Notes: generated by a model not told the origin, from the letters alone. A DNA stretch of 64,000 nt from Hyalangium minutum (GCF_000737315.1 NZ_JMCB01000001.1:1-64000), one strand, 5' to 3'; shown: positions 27,622 through 37,650, counted from the first letter of the stretch. Program-made: numbers and translations.

Positions 27622-29580
27622 TCAGTATTCCTGCTCGTAGACGAAGCGGAACTTCTGCTCCGTGAAGGGGCCGAACTTCACGTTCACGGTGGCATCCACG
27701 GACGTGGTGAACCGGGCCCGGTAGGTGAGCGCGGAGGGACAGGCCGGCTCGACAGCCGCGCGAGACACCTGGATGGGCGTGTTCGGGTTGGCCGGGTCGG
27801 ACACGGTGACCTCCACGTTCCGGTTCATGAAGAGGAAGTGGCTCCGCCAGGGAATCTGCATCCGGTTGAAGCCCTCGAAGGGAGAACTACTGGAGGCGAA
27901 GGTCACCTCGTAGTGCCCGTGATTCGTGTCGGCACGCGGACTGGAGTTGGCGCTCACCGAGGCGAGCACGGAGGTCGGCGTCACGGTGAGGGCATGCGCG
28001 CAGGCATGATCGAGCAGCGCGTTGTCGGACAGCGTGGCAAAGTCGAGTCGGCCGTTGGAGCCCACCGCCCCGAGCGTGGTGTCGAGCGGATTGCCCGCCA
28101 CATCCTTCAAGGACGTGAGGTCCAGGAAGTAGCCCGTGTTCCCGAGCAGCGGTAGCTGTCCGGAGGCCGCGGGGGTGATGGTGACCTTCAGCGTCCTCCC
28201 ATCCGTGGACCACTCGCCGGCGATCGTGCGGAACGAGTTGGGGCTGCCCGATTCAGCCAAGCGCACGCTGTTCACCGAGCGATCCATCGGCTCGTTGAAG
28301 CCGAAGGTGAAGATCTTCCGGAGGGCCGTGGCCGGAGTGCCCCCCGTCGCGTAGACCTCGACGGGATAGACATCGGTGGTGCCATCCAGAACGTTGGAGC
28401 TGGAGACGTAGGGCTTGAGGGTGTCCGCGGCCACAGTGAAGTTGAGCGAGCCGTCCCCCAGGTAGGGCGCCGGATCGAACGGGTTGCCCGCCCGGTCCTT
28501 GAAGCCCGAGAGATCCACCTTCATGGTGGCCGTGGGGCGCAGCTTGAACTGCACGTCATACGTGGCGACGAAGCCGTCCGAGGACCAGCTCGGCGTCAGC
28601 AGCGTGCGGGTGCTGCGCTCCACATCCACCAGCTCGGCCTTGCCCACGCCCTGGGCGGTATCCATGGGCTCGCTGAAGGTGATCACCACGAAGCGCGTGC
28701 TGTCGTACGGCACACTCGTAGCGGCCTCGCGCGGAGAGCCCTCGCGCACCGTGGGGCGGATGAGGTCCGGCCCCGTGCCGAAGTCCAGCTTGCCGTCCCC
28801 CAGGTAGGGCGCGCCATCAAACGCCTTCAGGTTGGCGTTGCGGAAGTTGTCCAGCCGCACCGAGTAGAGCCCGTTGTTGACGAGCGGGCTGGTGATGGGC
28901 GCCTTGAGGGACTGGTTGCCCACCCAGGTATAGGCCCCCAGGCTCAGGCCGCCGCCCGGCACCAATGTCCCCACAGTGATGTCCATGGGCTGGTTGAAGT
29001 TGAGGGTGATCTCGTTGGTGGCCAGGGCCACGCTGCTGGCGCCCTCCGCGGGGATGGAGGTGGACACGGCCGGCGCCACGCCATCGCTCACCGTGAAGGA
29101 GAAGCTGCGCACGCCCTGCATGGGGTTGCCGAACGCGTCCGCGAAGTTGGCGATGCTCACCATCAGCGTCTTCCGGAGCGGCAGCCCCTGAGGGAACGCG
29201 AACCGCACCGTATGCACGGTGGGGTCCCAGTCCTGAGGGCTGGCCACCAGCACGCCGTTGTTCGGCAGGCCCGTGCCGGGGATGAGCTGCAGGGTGCCTC
29301 GGTTGGGCTGCATCGCCTCGTTGAACGTCACCTCGACCATCGTCTCCGGAGGCACGCCCGTGGCGTCCTTCTCCGGCTGATGGGTGATGACGACCGGCGG
29401 CTGCAGATCCACCGGCCCGGCGTCCGGCGGCCCGGCATCCGGTGGGCCCGCGTCCGGCAGGGGAGGAGGCGGCTGGGTCCCCGCATCTGGGACAGGCGGG
29501 GGATCATCCCCTCCACAGCCCGTGGACAGTGCCAGGGCGTGGAAGGCGGCGCACAGAACGAAGATGGAGAGACGGCGCAT
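27622..29580 (-). CDS. Lipoprotein with repeated bacterial Ig-like (Big_5/SbsA-type) domains
   Basis: Lipobox STGC; repeated P.V....P..GAT.V...ITFSEPMD units. Confidence 0.85.
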   Translation of the reverse strand: MRRLSIFVLCAAFHALALSTGCGGDDPPPVPDAGTQPPPPLPDAGPPDAGPPDAGPVDLQPPVVITHQPEKDATGVPPETMVEVTFNEAMQPNRGTLQLIPGTGLPNNGVLVASPQDWDPTVHTVRFAFPQGLPLRKTLMVSIANFADAFGNPMQGVRSFSFTVSDGVAPAVSTSIPAEGASSVALATNEITLNFNQPMDITVGTLVPGGGLSLGAYTWVGNQSLKAPITSPLVNNGLYSVRLDNFRNANLKAFDGAPYLGDGKLDFGTGPDLIRPTVREGSPREAATSVPYDSTRFVVITFSEPMDTAQGVGKAELVDVERSTRTLLTPSWSSDGFVATYDVQFKLRPTATMKVDLSGFKDRAGNPFDPAPYLGDGSLNFTVAADTLKPYVSSSNVLDGTTDVYPVEVYATGGTPATALRKIFTFGFNEPMDRSVNSVRLAESGSPNSFRTIAGEWSTDGRTLKVTITPAASGQLPLLGNTGYFLDLTSLKDVAGNPLDTTLGAVGSNGRLDFATLSDNALLDHACAHALTVTPTSVLASVSANSSPRADTNHGHYEVTFASSSSPFEGFNRMQIPWRSHFLFMNRNVEVTVSDPANPNTPIQVSRAAVEPACPSALTYRARFTTSVDATVNVKFGPFTEQKFRFVYEQEY

Positions 29581-29634
29581 GGGGGTAGCACTCCTCGCGA
29601 ACGGGCGGGGACGCTACCAGCAATGCCCCGCGCG

Positions 29635-30150
29635 TCAGAAGTAGGCCGCTGCGCCCACGGAGCCCGTGAGCGACGACTGCGTCTTCTCGTTGAGGGCGAT
29701 GTAGAAGTTGTACTGCCCTCTCAATCCCAGGCTCACCGTATCCGTGACGAAGAAGTCGAAGCCCAGGTTGGGCCCGAGCCCCACGTACTGCCCGGTGGCC
29801 CCCTCGCGGAAGACCAGCAGGTAGCTCAGGTCCGTGCCCGCGTAGGGCCGGAAGGACTCCTCCATGAAGAGGTAGCGGATGCCGATGGACGGCGCCAGCG
29901 CCACCACCCGCTTGCCCGTACCCGGGTCCCTCGGGAAGGAGAGCTTCGTCAGCGACACCAGGTCGAAGCCGCTCTCGATGTAGTAGCTGCCGTCGAACCC
30001 GACGAAGAAGCCACCTTCGAGGCCGGCGGTGCGTTTGAAGTCCATATAGCCCAGGGACAACCCCAGGCTTCGGTTGGCGAACTGCGCATGGGCGGGGGCA
30101 GCCCCGAAGAGGACTGCGGCAAGACCAAGGGCACAGAGGAGCGTACGCAT
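29635..30150 (-). CDS. Small outer-membrane beta-barrel protein
   Basis: Signal peptide ending AHA; alternating amphipathic strands; terminal YF. Confidence 0.75.
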   Translation of the reverse strand: MRTLLCALGLAAVLFGAAPAHAQFANRSLGLSLGYMDFKRTAGLEGGFFVGFDGSYYIESGFDLVSLTKLSFPRDPGTGKRVVALAPSIGIRYLFMEESFRPYAGTDLSYLLVFREGATGQYVGLGPNLGFDFFVTDTVSLGLRGQYNFYIALNEKTQSSLTGSVGAAAYF

Positions 30151-30252
30151 GGTGGCCGCGACTCTACCGGCGTAACCCATGGAAAACAGCTTGGATTTTG
30201 CATCATGGGGCCGTTGATCGTCCCACACTTCCTCCCCTACACTCGCGCCGCC

Positions 30253-31305
30253 ATGCGCCTGACCCGAGTCCTCTGCGCCCTTCCCCTCGTCACCGCCGTC
30301 GCCTGCCTCTCCACGCCCCCCGTGCACGATCGGGCGCTGCTCAACAACGAGCTGTGCGTCCAGCAGCTCAACATCAATGACTTGGAGCGCGCCGAGGTCT
30401 ACTGCGATCTGGGCCTGGAGTTCTCGCCCACGTACGCGGACCTGTGGGTGAACAAGGGCCTCATCAAGCTCAAGGCTGGCGACACGGGCAAGGCCAAGGA
30501 ATTCTTCATCAAGGCGCTGCGCTACAACAACGAGCAGGCCCAGGCCTACCAGAACCTCGGCTACATCTACCTGCAGGAGGGCGCTTACGGGAAGGCGCAC
30601 GACAACTTCCAGCGCGCCCTGAAGGTGAACCCGGACTATCTCGAGGCCCGCTACAACCTGGGCCTGGCCTACCTGAAGATGGAGAAGAACGAGCAGGCCA
30701 AGAAGGAGTTCCGCACCATCATCGCGGTGGACCCGAACATCGCGGACGCGCACCACAGCCTGGGCGTGCTGGCCTACAGCGAGGGCAAGTTCGAGGAGGC
30801 CGCCGAGCACATCGGCCGCGCCGTGCAGCTGTCTCCGGACGTGGCCTCCTTCTGGCACGACTACGGCGCCACCCTCATGGAGCTCGCCCGCTTCGCCGAG
30901 GCCAAGGACGCCTTCGCCACCTGCGTCACCCTGGACCAGAAGAACCCCCAGTGCCTCAACAACCTGGCCATTGCGCAGCGCAAGGCGGCCCTGACGGACT
31001 CGGCCTTCAAGGAGATCAAGGACACCAACACGGCGGAGAACACCCCCGCCTCGCTCTACGTGCTGGCCAAGCAGCAGGCCGAGCAGGGCCTGGTGGACCA
31101 GGAGGAGCGCACCTACAAGAAGTGTGTCCGGCTGGATGGCAAGTACGCTCCCTGCCACTACGGCCTCTTCAAGATCTACGCTGACGCGAAGAAGAAGGAC
31201 GCCGCCACCATTGCCTGCAAGAACTTCCTCAAGTACGGCACCGCAGACGAGTTCCCCAGCGAGATTGAAACGTGCGAGAAGTACCTGAGCGACGGCACCT
31301 TCTGA
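30253..31305 (+). CDS. TPR lipoprotein (PilF/PilW/Tgl-like architecture)
   Basis: Lipobox AVAC; consecutive TPRs (AYQNLGYIYL, ARYNLGLAY, AHHSLGVLAY). Confidence 0.8.
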   Translation: MRLTRVLCALPLVTAVACLSTPPVHDRALLNNELCVQQLNINDLERAEVYCDLGLEFSPTYADLWVNKGLIKLKAGDTGKAKEFFIKALRYNNEQAQAYQNLGYIYLQEGAYGKAHDNFQRALKVNPDYLEARYNLGLAYLKMEKNEQAKKEFRTIIAVDPNIADAHHSLGVLAYSEGKFEEAAEHIGRAVQLSPDVASFWHDYGATLMELARFAEAKDAFATCVTLDQKNPQCLNNLAIAQRKAALTDSAFKEIKDTNTAENTPASLYVLAKQQAEQGLVDQEERTYKKCVRLDGKYAPCHYGLFKIYADAKKKDAATIACKNFLKYGTADEFPSEIETCEKYLSDGTF

Positions 31306-31358
31306 CCCTTTGACCTTCTGGTTCCTTCTCCCTTCCCCCTTCTCTTGATGCCCTGGCG

Positions 31359-32483
31359 ATGAGCGTCCGGCTGACCGTCACCCAGCGCAGCGAGGCTGGC
31401 AGCTCTGCCAAGCCTGCGGAGCACGTCCTCGACGAGGCCTCCATCACCCTGGGCCGCGACAAGGGCTGCCAGGTGGTGCTCGCGCAGCAGGCCGTGTCCC
31501 GCAACCACGCGCGCATCTCCCAGGAGGGCAACCTCTTCTTCCTGGAGGATCTGGGCAGCGCCTACGGCACCCAGATCAACGGCAAGCCCCTGCCCAAGGG
31601 CGAGAAGCACCGCCTGCGCAACGGGGACGTCATCGCCATCGCGCAGTTCGACGTGACGTTCACCCACGTGGCGGACCTGCCCGTGGACAGCGGAGGGCGC
31701 TCGGACAAGACGTCCTTCGTGGCGCGCAGCCTGGTGAAGGACGCGGTGCGCGGCATCAAGAGCGGCGAGGGCCCCTACTTCCGGGTCATGAATGGCCCTC
31801 GAGAGAGCGAGCGCATCGAGATCAGCGACGCCCAGGAGCTCATCATCGGGCGTGACGAGACGGCCGACGTCGTCTTCAAGGATGACCTCATCTCCCGGCG
31901 GCACGTGAAGATCCGGCGCGACTGGGCCGGCACTCACGTGGAGGACCTGGGCAGCCGCAACGGCATCAAGGTCAACAAGAAGAAGATCAACCGCAAGACG
32001 CTCAAGGACAGCGACGAGCTCGAGGTGGGCAACATCCGCCTGCTCTACGTGGACCCCTCGGACTTGCCCGAGCCCGCGGTGGACATTCCGGACTCTCCCG
32101 TCGATGACGGAGGCGGGGACGACGACGACGACGAGCACACGCAGAGCATCCCCGCGGGCCGCGTCGGCTCCCGGCGCGCCAAGCCCAAGGAAGAGGAGCC
32201 GCCCCAGGAGGAGCCGCCCAAGGAAGAGCCGCCCCAGGAGGAACCTCCCAAGGAGGAGGCCGCTCCGGAGCCCGCTCCCGAGCCTCCTGCGCCCGAGCCC
32301 GAGCCCGAGCCCGAGCAACCCCGTCCCATCCCCCAGAGGTCCTACGCCGCCAGCGTGGACGATGACGGTGGCGGGGGCGGCGGCGGCGGGTTCGACAAGC
32401 AGAAGATGGTGCCCCTGGTGGTAATGGGTGTGTTCGCCCTGTTCGCCATCGGCCTGATCATCGCGGTGCTGGCCGGAGCCTGA
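31359..32483 (+). CDS. Double-FHA domain protein with acidic Pro-rich linker and C-terminal TM (SctD-like cytoplasmic part)
   Basis: Two GR...SRxH...DLGSxNG FHA motifs; EEPP repeats; terminal TM helix. Confidence 0.8.
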   Translation: MSVRLTVTQRSEAGSSAKPAEHVLDEASITLGRDKGCQVVLAQQAVSRNHARISQEGNLFFLEDLGSAYGTQINGKPLPKGEKHRLRNGDVIAIAQFDVTFTHVADLPVDSGGRSDKTSFVARSLVKDAVRGIKSGEGPYFRVMNGPRESERIEISDAQELIIGRDETADVVFKDDLISRRHVKIRRDWAGTHVEDLGSRNGIKVNKKKINRKTLKDSDELEVGNIRLLYVDPSDLPEPAVDIPDSPVDDGGGDDDDDEHTQSIPAGRVGSRRAKPKEEEPPQEEPPKEEPPQEEPPKEEAAPEPAPEPPAPEPEPEPEQPRPIPQRSYAASVDDDGGGGGGGGFDKQKMVPLVVMGVFALFAIGLIIAVLAGA

Positions 32484-32538
32484 GCAGACGCTCCAGCCGC
32501 ACGAGCCCCCCTCAGCCTCTCCCCTCCCCCACGAACGA

Positions 32539-32572
32539 AAAAGCCCCCTCTGCCGGAGCAGAGAGGGCCTTT
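32539..32572. terminator. Hairpin between converging FHA and sctV genes
   Basis: aaaagccccctctgc...gcagagagggccttt with A/T flanks. Confidence 0.6.
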
Positions 32573-32603
32573 GCCGGGGCTCCCCGAAGGGAGGGGCCTG
32601 CGG

Positions 32604-34736
32604 CTAGCGCGTGGAGATGCGGGCCACGGGCTGGATGTTGAGGTCCGGAGCGAGCTCCTGGTAGCTGAGCACGGAGAACGGCGGGTTGAACTCGAACTCG
32701 AGCAGCTTGCGGACGTAGCGCCGGATGTCCATGGCGGTGAGGATGACGGGGCGCTGCGCGCTGGGCGGCAGGTGGCCACACTCGGACTTGACGGCCTGGA
32801 CGATCTCCTGGGCCAGCTCCGGCTCCAGGGCCAGGTGGGTGCCCGCCGAGGTGCGCTTGATGGAGCCGCGGATGGCCTCCTCGATCTGCGGATCCAGCAG
32901 GTAGACGACCAGGGTGCCGGTACCGCGCGCGTACTTGTGCGAGATGTACCGCCGCAGCGAGGCGCGCACGTGCTCGGTGAGCATCACGTTGTCGGCCTCC
33001 ACTTGGCCGTACTCGGCCAGGGACTGGAGGATGCCGCGCAAGTCGCGCACGGAGATCTCCTCCTCCACGAGCCGCTGGAGGATGTCCGTGAGCTTGAGCA
33101 CGTTGACGACCTTCGGCACCACCTCTTTGACGATGGCGGGGAAGGCCTTCTCCAGCTGGTCCAGCATCGTCTGCGACTCCTGGACGCCCACGAACTCGCG
33201 GGCGTTGCGGCGCAGGATGGCGGCCAAGTGGAGGATGATGTAGCCGGGCACGTCCCAGGTGGTGAGGCCGGCGGACTCCAGCGTCTCCTTGTGCTGCTCA
33301 GGGACCCAGGCGGCGGGCTGGCGGGTGGCCGGGTTGATGGCCTCGAAGCCCTGGATGTTCATCAACTTCAGGCGGTCCACCGTGTCGTTCACGAGCACGT
33401 GGCCCAGCGTGGCCTGGCCAGTGACGACAGGCACCTCGTTGATCTGGATCTGGTAAGCGCCGGGCGGGAGGCTCGAGTTACCGCGGGCACGCACGCCCGG
33501 GAAACGCACGCCGAGCTCCACGAAGAGGCCGTCGCGCATGAACGGGATGAGCTCGAAGAGGAACTTCCCGTTGTCCTGGCGCGAGTCCACGTAGGGCACC
33601 AGCGCGTCGCTCACCTCCAGAACAATCGGAGTGACGACGGGGACGAAGAGCTCGGAGTCCGGGTTGATGGGCTCCTTGGGCGCGGGCTCGGTGGCGGCGG
33701 GGGTGCCGTTATCCGAGGTGGTGGTAGGAGCCAGGCCGCCGCCGCCCTCCTCCGCCACCGTCTCCTCCTGCTGCTTCTTGAGCATCTTCCAGGCGCCGAA
33801 GGCCGCGCCGCCGCCCAGCACCGTGAAGGGGATGCCGGGCAGACCGGGGATGATGGCCATCACCAGGAGCATGCCACCTGCGATGGCGATGGCCTTCGGG
33901 TACGCGGTCAGCTGCGTGCCCACGTCCTTGCCGAGGTGGTTACCCTCCTCCTCGCCGCCCACGCGCGTCACGATGATACCGGCGCAGGTGGAGATGAGGA
34001 TGGCGGGGATCATGCCCACCAGACCGTCACCGATGGTGAGCAGCGCGTACTTCTGCGCGGCCGCGCCCACGTCCATGCCCTTCTGCATCACACCGATGAT
34101 GAGGCCACCGACGATGTTGATGACGGTGATGATGATGGAGGCAATCGCGTCGCCCTTGACGAACTTCATGGCGCCGTCCATGGCGCCGAACAGCTGGCTC
34201 TCGCGCTCCAGGTCGCGGCGCTTCTTCTTGCCCACCTCCAGATCGATGGAGCCGGCGCGGAGGTCCGCGTCGATGGACATCTGCTTGCCGGGCATGGCGT
34301 CCAGGGTGAAGCGGGCGGCCACTTCGGCCACGCGCTCCGAGCCCTTGGAGATCACGATGAAGTTCACCACCGTGAGGATGACGAAGATGATGGCACCGAC
34401 GACGAAGTTGCCCTGAACCACGAACTTACCGAAGGCGACCACCACCTCACCCGGATCGCCCGTGAGCAGAATCAGGCGTGTGGTGGAGATGGTGAGCGAC
34501 AGCCGGTACATCGTGGTGATCAGCAGCAGCGTCGGGAACACCGACAGCTGGAGCGCCGCTGGCACGTAGAGCGAGATGAGCAGCAGCACCACCGAGATGC
34601 TGATGTTGAGCGTCAGCAGCACGTCCAACAGGTGGGTGGGCAGCGGGACGATCATCATCCCGACGATGGCCACCACGACCAGCGCGAGGACGATATCGGA
34701 GTACTTGGACAGGAAGCTGTTCGGATTGGCTGACAT
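32604..34736 (-). CDS. sctV: T3SS export gate protein SctV (FlhA/LcrD family)
   Basis: RVAEVAARFTLDAMPGKQMSID, FGAMDGAMKFVKGDA, LLTIGDGLV, VLSYQEL. Confidence 0.95.
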   Translation of the reverse strand: MSANPNSFLSKYSDIVLALVVVAIVGMMIVPLPTHLLDVLLTLNISISVVLLLISLYVPAALQLSVFPTLLLITTMYRLSLTISTTRLILLTGDPGEVVVAFGKFVVQGNFVVGAIIFVILTVVNFIVISKGSERVAEVAARFTLDAMPGKQMSIDADLRAGSIDLEVGKKKRRDLERESQLFGAMDGAMKFVKGDAIASIIITVINIVGGLIIGVMQKGMDVGAAAQKYALLTIGDGLVGMIPAILISTCAGIIVTRVGGEEEGNHLGKDVGTQLTAYPKAIAIAGGMLLVMAIIPGLPGIPFTVLGGGAAFGAWKMLKKQQEETVAEEGGGGLAPTTTSDNGTPAATEPAPKEPINPDSELFVPVVTPIVLEVSDALVPYVDSRQDNGKFLFELIPFMRDGLFVELGVRFPGVRARGNSSLPPGAYQIQINEVPVVTGQATLGHVLVNDTVDRLKLMNIQGFEAINPATRQPAAWVPEQHKETLESAGLTTWDVPGYIILHLAAILRRNAREFVGVQESQTMLDQLEKAFPAIVKEVVPKVVNVLKLTDILQRLVEEEISVRDLRGILQSLAEYGQVEADNVMLTEHVRASLRRYISHKYARGTGTLVVYLLDPQIEEAIRGSIKRTSAGTHLALEPELAQEIVQAVKSECGHLPPSAQRPVILTAMDIRRYVRKLLEFEFNPPFSVLSYQELAPDLNIQPVARISTR

Positions 34737-34838
34737 CGGCGGGGCCATCCTAGTCTGCCGTGGTGCCCAGGCCCAAGCCCCCGTGCCGGACCCTCCGTCC
34801 CCCCCCGTCACCGGACTGTTTGTGGTAGGACTGCGGCA

Positions 34839-35786
34839 ATGGTGCCCGAACCGCCCTCGCCCACCCGTGGCCCTGTCCCCACGTATGGCTGGCGCGTCGC
34901 GTTGTTGACCAGCTCCTCAGACGTGGTGCACCTCATCTCCGAGGCCATGCGCGCTCGGAACCACGAGCTGGTGGCGGTGGTCCTCCCCTGCGGCCCGGAT
35001 GGGCTCCGGCCCCAGAACGCCCTTGCCTGGTCGCTCATGCACCATGCAGTCCAGGCCTCGCCTCCTCTGGCCGATGTGCTGGTGGCCAGCCGAAGGGACC
35101 GGCTCGCGCCGCTGCTGCAGTCGGTGAAGCCGGACCTGCTCATCAGCTTCTTCTTCCCGTGGCGGATCCCCTCGGAGGCGCTGGCGGTGCCGTCGCTGGG
35201 CGCCGTCAACCTCCACCCCTCGCTGCTGCCTCGCTACCGCGGCCCCAATCCGCTGGGCTGGACCCTGCGCAACGATGAACCGGAGATGGGCCTGAGCATC
35301 CACCGGATGGACGCTCAGTTCGACACCGGGCCGGTGCTGGCACAGGCGCGGCGCCCCATCAGCGACTCGGACACGGTGGAGAGCCTCTTCGAGCAGCAGA
35401 TGAACATGGCCTGGGAGCTGCTCCCGGAGATGATCACCCGCGTGGCGTGGGGCGACGTGGGCGAGGCGCAGCCGGAAGCCCAGGCCACCCAAGCGGGCCA
35501 CTTCGAGCCCGCTTACCGAGAGCTGGACTGGAGCCAGCCCGCGCGCGCGATCCACGTCCAGGTGAGAGCCTGCCGAGTTGCCTCGTGGCGAGGGGGCAAG
35601 CCCTCCTACGCCTACGGCCAGCTCGGCGGGCGGAAGCTCCACGTGCTGAGCACCCGTCTGGCGGAGAGCGGCGGCACGACGACAGCAGCTCCCGGCACGG
35701 TCCTCGCGCGCGACGGCGAGACGCTTCTCATGCAGTGTGGAGACGCGCCCCTCTGGGTGCTCCAGACGGAGCCCTTCCAGGCCTGA
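34839..35786 (+). CDS. Methionyl-tRNA formyltransferase-like protein
   Basis: NLHPSLLPRYRGPNP, IHRMDAQFDTGPVL. Confidence 0.8.
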   Translation: MVPEPPSPTRGPVPTYGWRVALLTSSSDVVHLISEAMRARNHELVAVVLPCGPDGLRPQNALAWSLMHHAVQASPPLADVLVASRRDRLAPLLQSVKPDLLISFFFPWRIPSEALAVPSLGAVNLHPSLLPRYRGPNPLGWTLRNDEPEMGLSIHRMDAQFDTGPVLAQARRPISDSDTVESLFEQQMNMAWELLPEMITRVAWGDVGEAQPEAQATQAGHFEPAYRELDWSQPARAIHVQVRACRVASWRGGKPSYAYGQLGGRKLHVLSTRLAESGGTTTAAPGTVLARDGETLLMQCGDAPLWVLQTEPFQA

Positions 35787-35803
35787 GCTCCGCGAGGAGC
35801 GCC

Positions 35804-36571
35804 TCAGCGCCGCTTGCGCTCCTGCTCCTCCTCGACCTGCTCCAGGAGATACTGGGCGCGCTGGACCAGGGGACTGCCAGCGGTTCCGGCATCCAGCACC
35901 GTGTGCAGATCCTCCACCGCCAGCAGGAGGTCGCCGCGCCACATGCGGGCCTCGCCCCTGCACACCCGGGCCATGAGGTCCATGGCGTCCAGAGAGAGCG
36001 CCTCCTCGAAGAAGACGAGGGCCTTGTCCGTGGAGCCCTGCGCCATATAGGTGGCGCCCAGCTGGGTGAACACGGGACCGGTGGCCACGCCCATCGTCAC
36101 CAGCCGCTCCAGGATGAGCTGGGCCTCCTCGAGCTGGTCCTCGGTGATGAGGCGGCGCGCTGTGGCCAGGCGCTCGGCGACGGAGCCTTGGGCAGGCTGT
36201 GCCCCCGCGGGCGTCTTCTCCCGGGCCCCCGAGCCCTTCCGAGGCGAGCGGGCCGAAGCCCTCCTCCCAAAGGACGCTTCTTCGGCCTTCTCGGAGACGG
36301 CGGCCCGGCTCTTGGGCCGGGGCCCGAGCGGCGAGCTCTGCGCGGGCTGCGCGGCGGCGCCCCCCAACCGGGGCTCGATGGGAATCTCGGGCAGCGTGGG
36401 GTGCTCCGCCATCGACGCTCTGGGAATCTCGGGCACCGTGGGGTGCTCGGCCATGGACACTTCGCTCGGGCGCTGGGCAGGGGTCCCCCCGCGCACGGAG
36501 CGCTTCTCGAAGTGGTGGATCTTCACGGGGGCAGGGGGTGATTTCCTGCCCGACCCCTGAGAGTTGGCCAT
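35804..36571 (-). CDS. TPR protein with disordered N-terminus (T3SS chaperone-like)
   Basis: C-terminal TPRs (VFTQLGATY, ARVCRGEARM). Confidence 0.7.
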   Translation of the reverse strand: MANSQGSGRKSPPAPVKIHHFEKRSVRGGTPAQRPSEVSMAEHPTVPEIPRASMAEHPTLPEIPIEPRLGGAAAQPAQSSPLGPRPKSRAAVSEKAEEASFGRRASARSPRKGSGAREKTPAGAQPAQGSVAERLATARRLITEDQLEEAQLILERLVTMGVATGPVFTQLGATYMAQGSTDKALVFFEEALSLDAMDLMARVCRGEARMWRGDLLLAVEDLHTVLDAGTAGSPLVQRAQYLLEQVEEEQERKRR

Positions 36572-36607
36572 GGTTCCTTCAGGCGCCGGGCGACCAGCGC
36601 CGGCGGC

Positions 36608-37075
36608 CTACTTCTTCAATTCCGCGGGCGCGCTGCGCTGGGCGGCTTCGATGGTCTCGATGGCCGCGGCGGCCAGCAGGCGCGCTCGCATGGTGAGCGG
36701 ATCCTTGTTCTCCGGATCCAGATCGACCGCTCGGGCAAAGTCCTGAGCGGCCTCCATGATGTTGCCCAGGCGCAGGTGCACCTCGCCCCGGTTGACCAGC
36801 GCCGCCGAGTCCTTCGGGTTGAGCTTCAGCGCCTCGTCAAAGGCCTCCAAGGCCGCATCCAGCTCGTCCTCGGCCAGATAGATGGCGCCCAGGGCGGTCC
36901 GGTAATAGGCCTCCAGGGGGTCCTGCTGCGCCAGCTCCTCGAAAATGAGCCGAGCCTCTGGATAGTCGCCCTCCTCATAGAGGCGGAAGCCCTCCATGGC
37001 CCGCTCGAGCAACTCGGGGGAGGACAACGTATTCGCCTCCTCGTTTGCGACCATCGCCTTGGATTCCGTCGTCAT
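36608..37075 (-). CDS. SycD/LcrH-like TPR chaperone
   Basis: 155 aa; YRTALGAIYL, ALVNRGEVHL; three TPRs. Confidence 0.75.
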   Translation of the reverse strand: MTTESKAMVANEEANTLSSPELLERAMEGFRLYEEGDYPEARLIFEELAQQDPLEAYYRTALGAIYLAEDELDAALEAFDEALKLNPKDSAALVNRGEVHLRLGNIMEAAQDFARAVDLDPENKDPLTMRARLLAAAAIETIEAAQRSAPAELKK

Positions 37076-37221
37076 CTGCGCGGGTACCTGGGGTAGGAGC
37101 GCCGCTGCGGGCTGTCACCGAGCGGCCGGAGTCTAGCCCGCAGGCGCGCCAACAACCAAGGAGGGTGATCAATCCAAGAGGGCCCCCTCCCGATGCCCAG
37201 GGGGCCCGGGGGGGGCCCCTG

Positions 37222-37277
37222 AAACGAAACCGGCCCCGCGGAAGGACCCTGGCTCCAGGTCCTCGCGAGGCCGGCTC
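37222..37277 (-). terminator. Terminator hairpin of small-gene copy 1
   Basis: Reverse complement gagccggcctcgcgaggacc...ggtccttccgcggggccggtttcgttt. Confidence 0.8.
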
Positions 37278-37311
37278 CGGCCTACTGCCCAGACGGCTGC
37301 CTGGCTTACAA

Positions 37312-37539
37312 CTACACCGCCAGGTTCTGGATGACGCTCTTGCTCATCTCGTGCAGCGCCTTCATCATCGTCGTCGCCAGCTGCACCATCTCCTGCATCC
37401 GCTGCATCTCGGACTGAACCTTCAGAAGGTTCTTCTGCTCCGCGGGGATGTTCTGGTTGTCGATCCACGAGTTCATCGTGCCGACGTTGCTGTTGATGGT
37501 GCCAGAGAAGTTGTTGAAAACGCCACCGAGGCTGGACAT
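37312..37539 (-). CDS. 75-aa needle/filament-subunit-like protein, copy 1 (isolated)
   Basis: MSSLGGVFNNFSG...EQKNLLKVQSEMQ...TTMMKALHEMSKSVIQNLAV; RBS aaggag. Confidence 0.85.
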   Translation of the reverse strand: MSSLGGVFNNFSGTINSNVGTMNSWIDNQNIPAEQKNLLKVQSEMQRMQEMVQLATTMMKALHEMSKSVIQNLAV

Positions 37540-37599
37540 GACGAACTCCTTGAGACGGACGGGGTAGGGAGGGTGAACCGCGAAGCAGCTTACACCTGG

Positions 37600-37650
37600 A
37601 TTATCGGTTCTGGGCAGAGGGAGTTTCCTGGAATTTTCCGGATCATTTCC
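37600..37650 (-). promoter_or_regulatory. sigma28-type promoter GAAA-N15-ACCGATAA with upstream GGAAA repeats
   Basis: Sense strand ggaaatgatccggaaaattccaggaaactccctctgcccagaaccgataat. Confidence 0.75.

Noticed and set aside
30253-31305. Calling the TPR lipoprotein tgl
   Set aside because: Architecture is similar, but I do not recognise the sequence or context as Tgl itself; left without a symbol.
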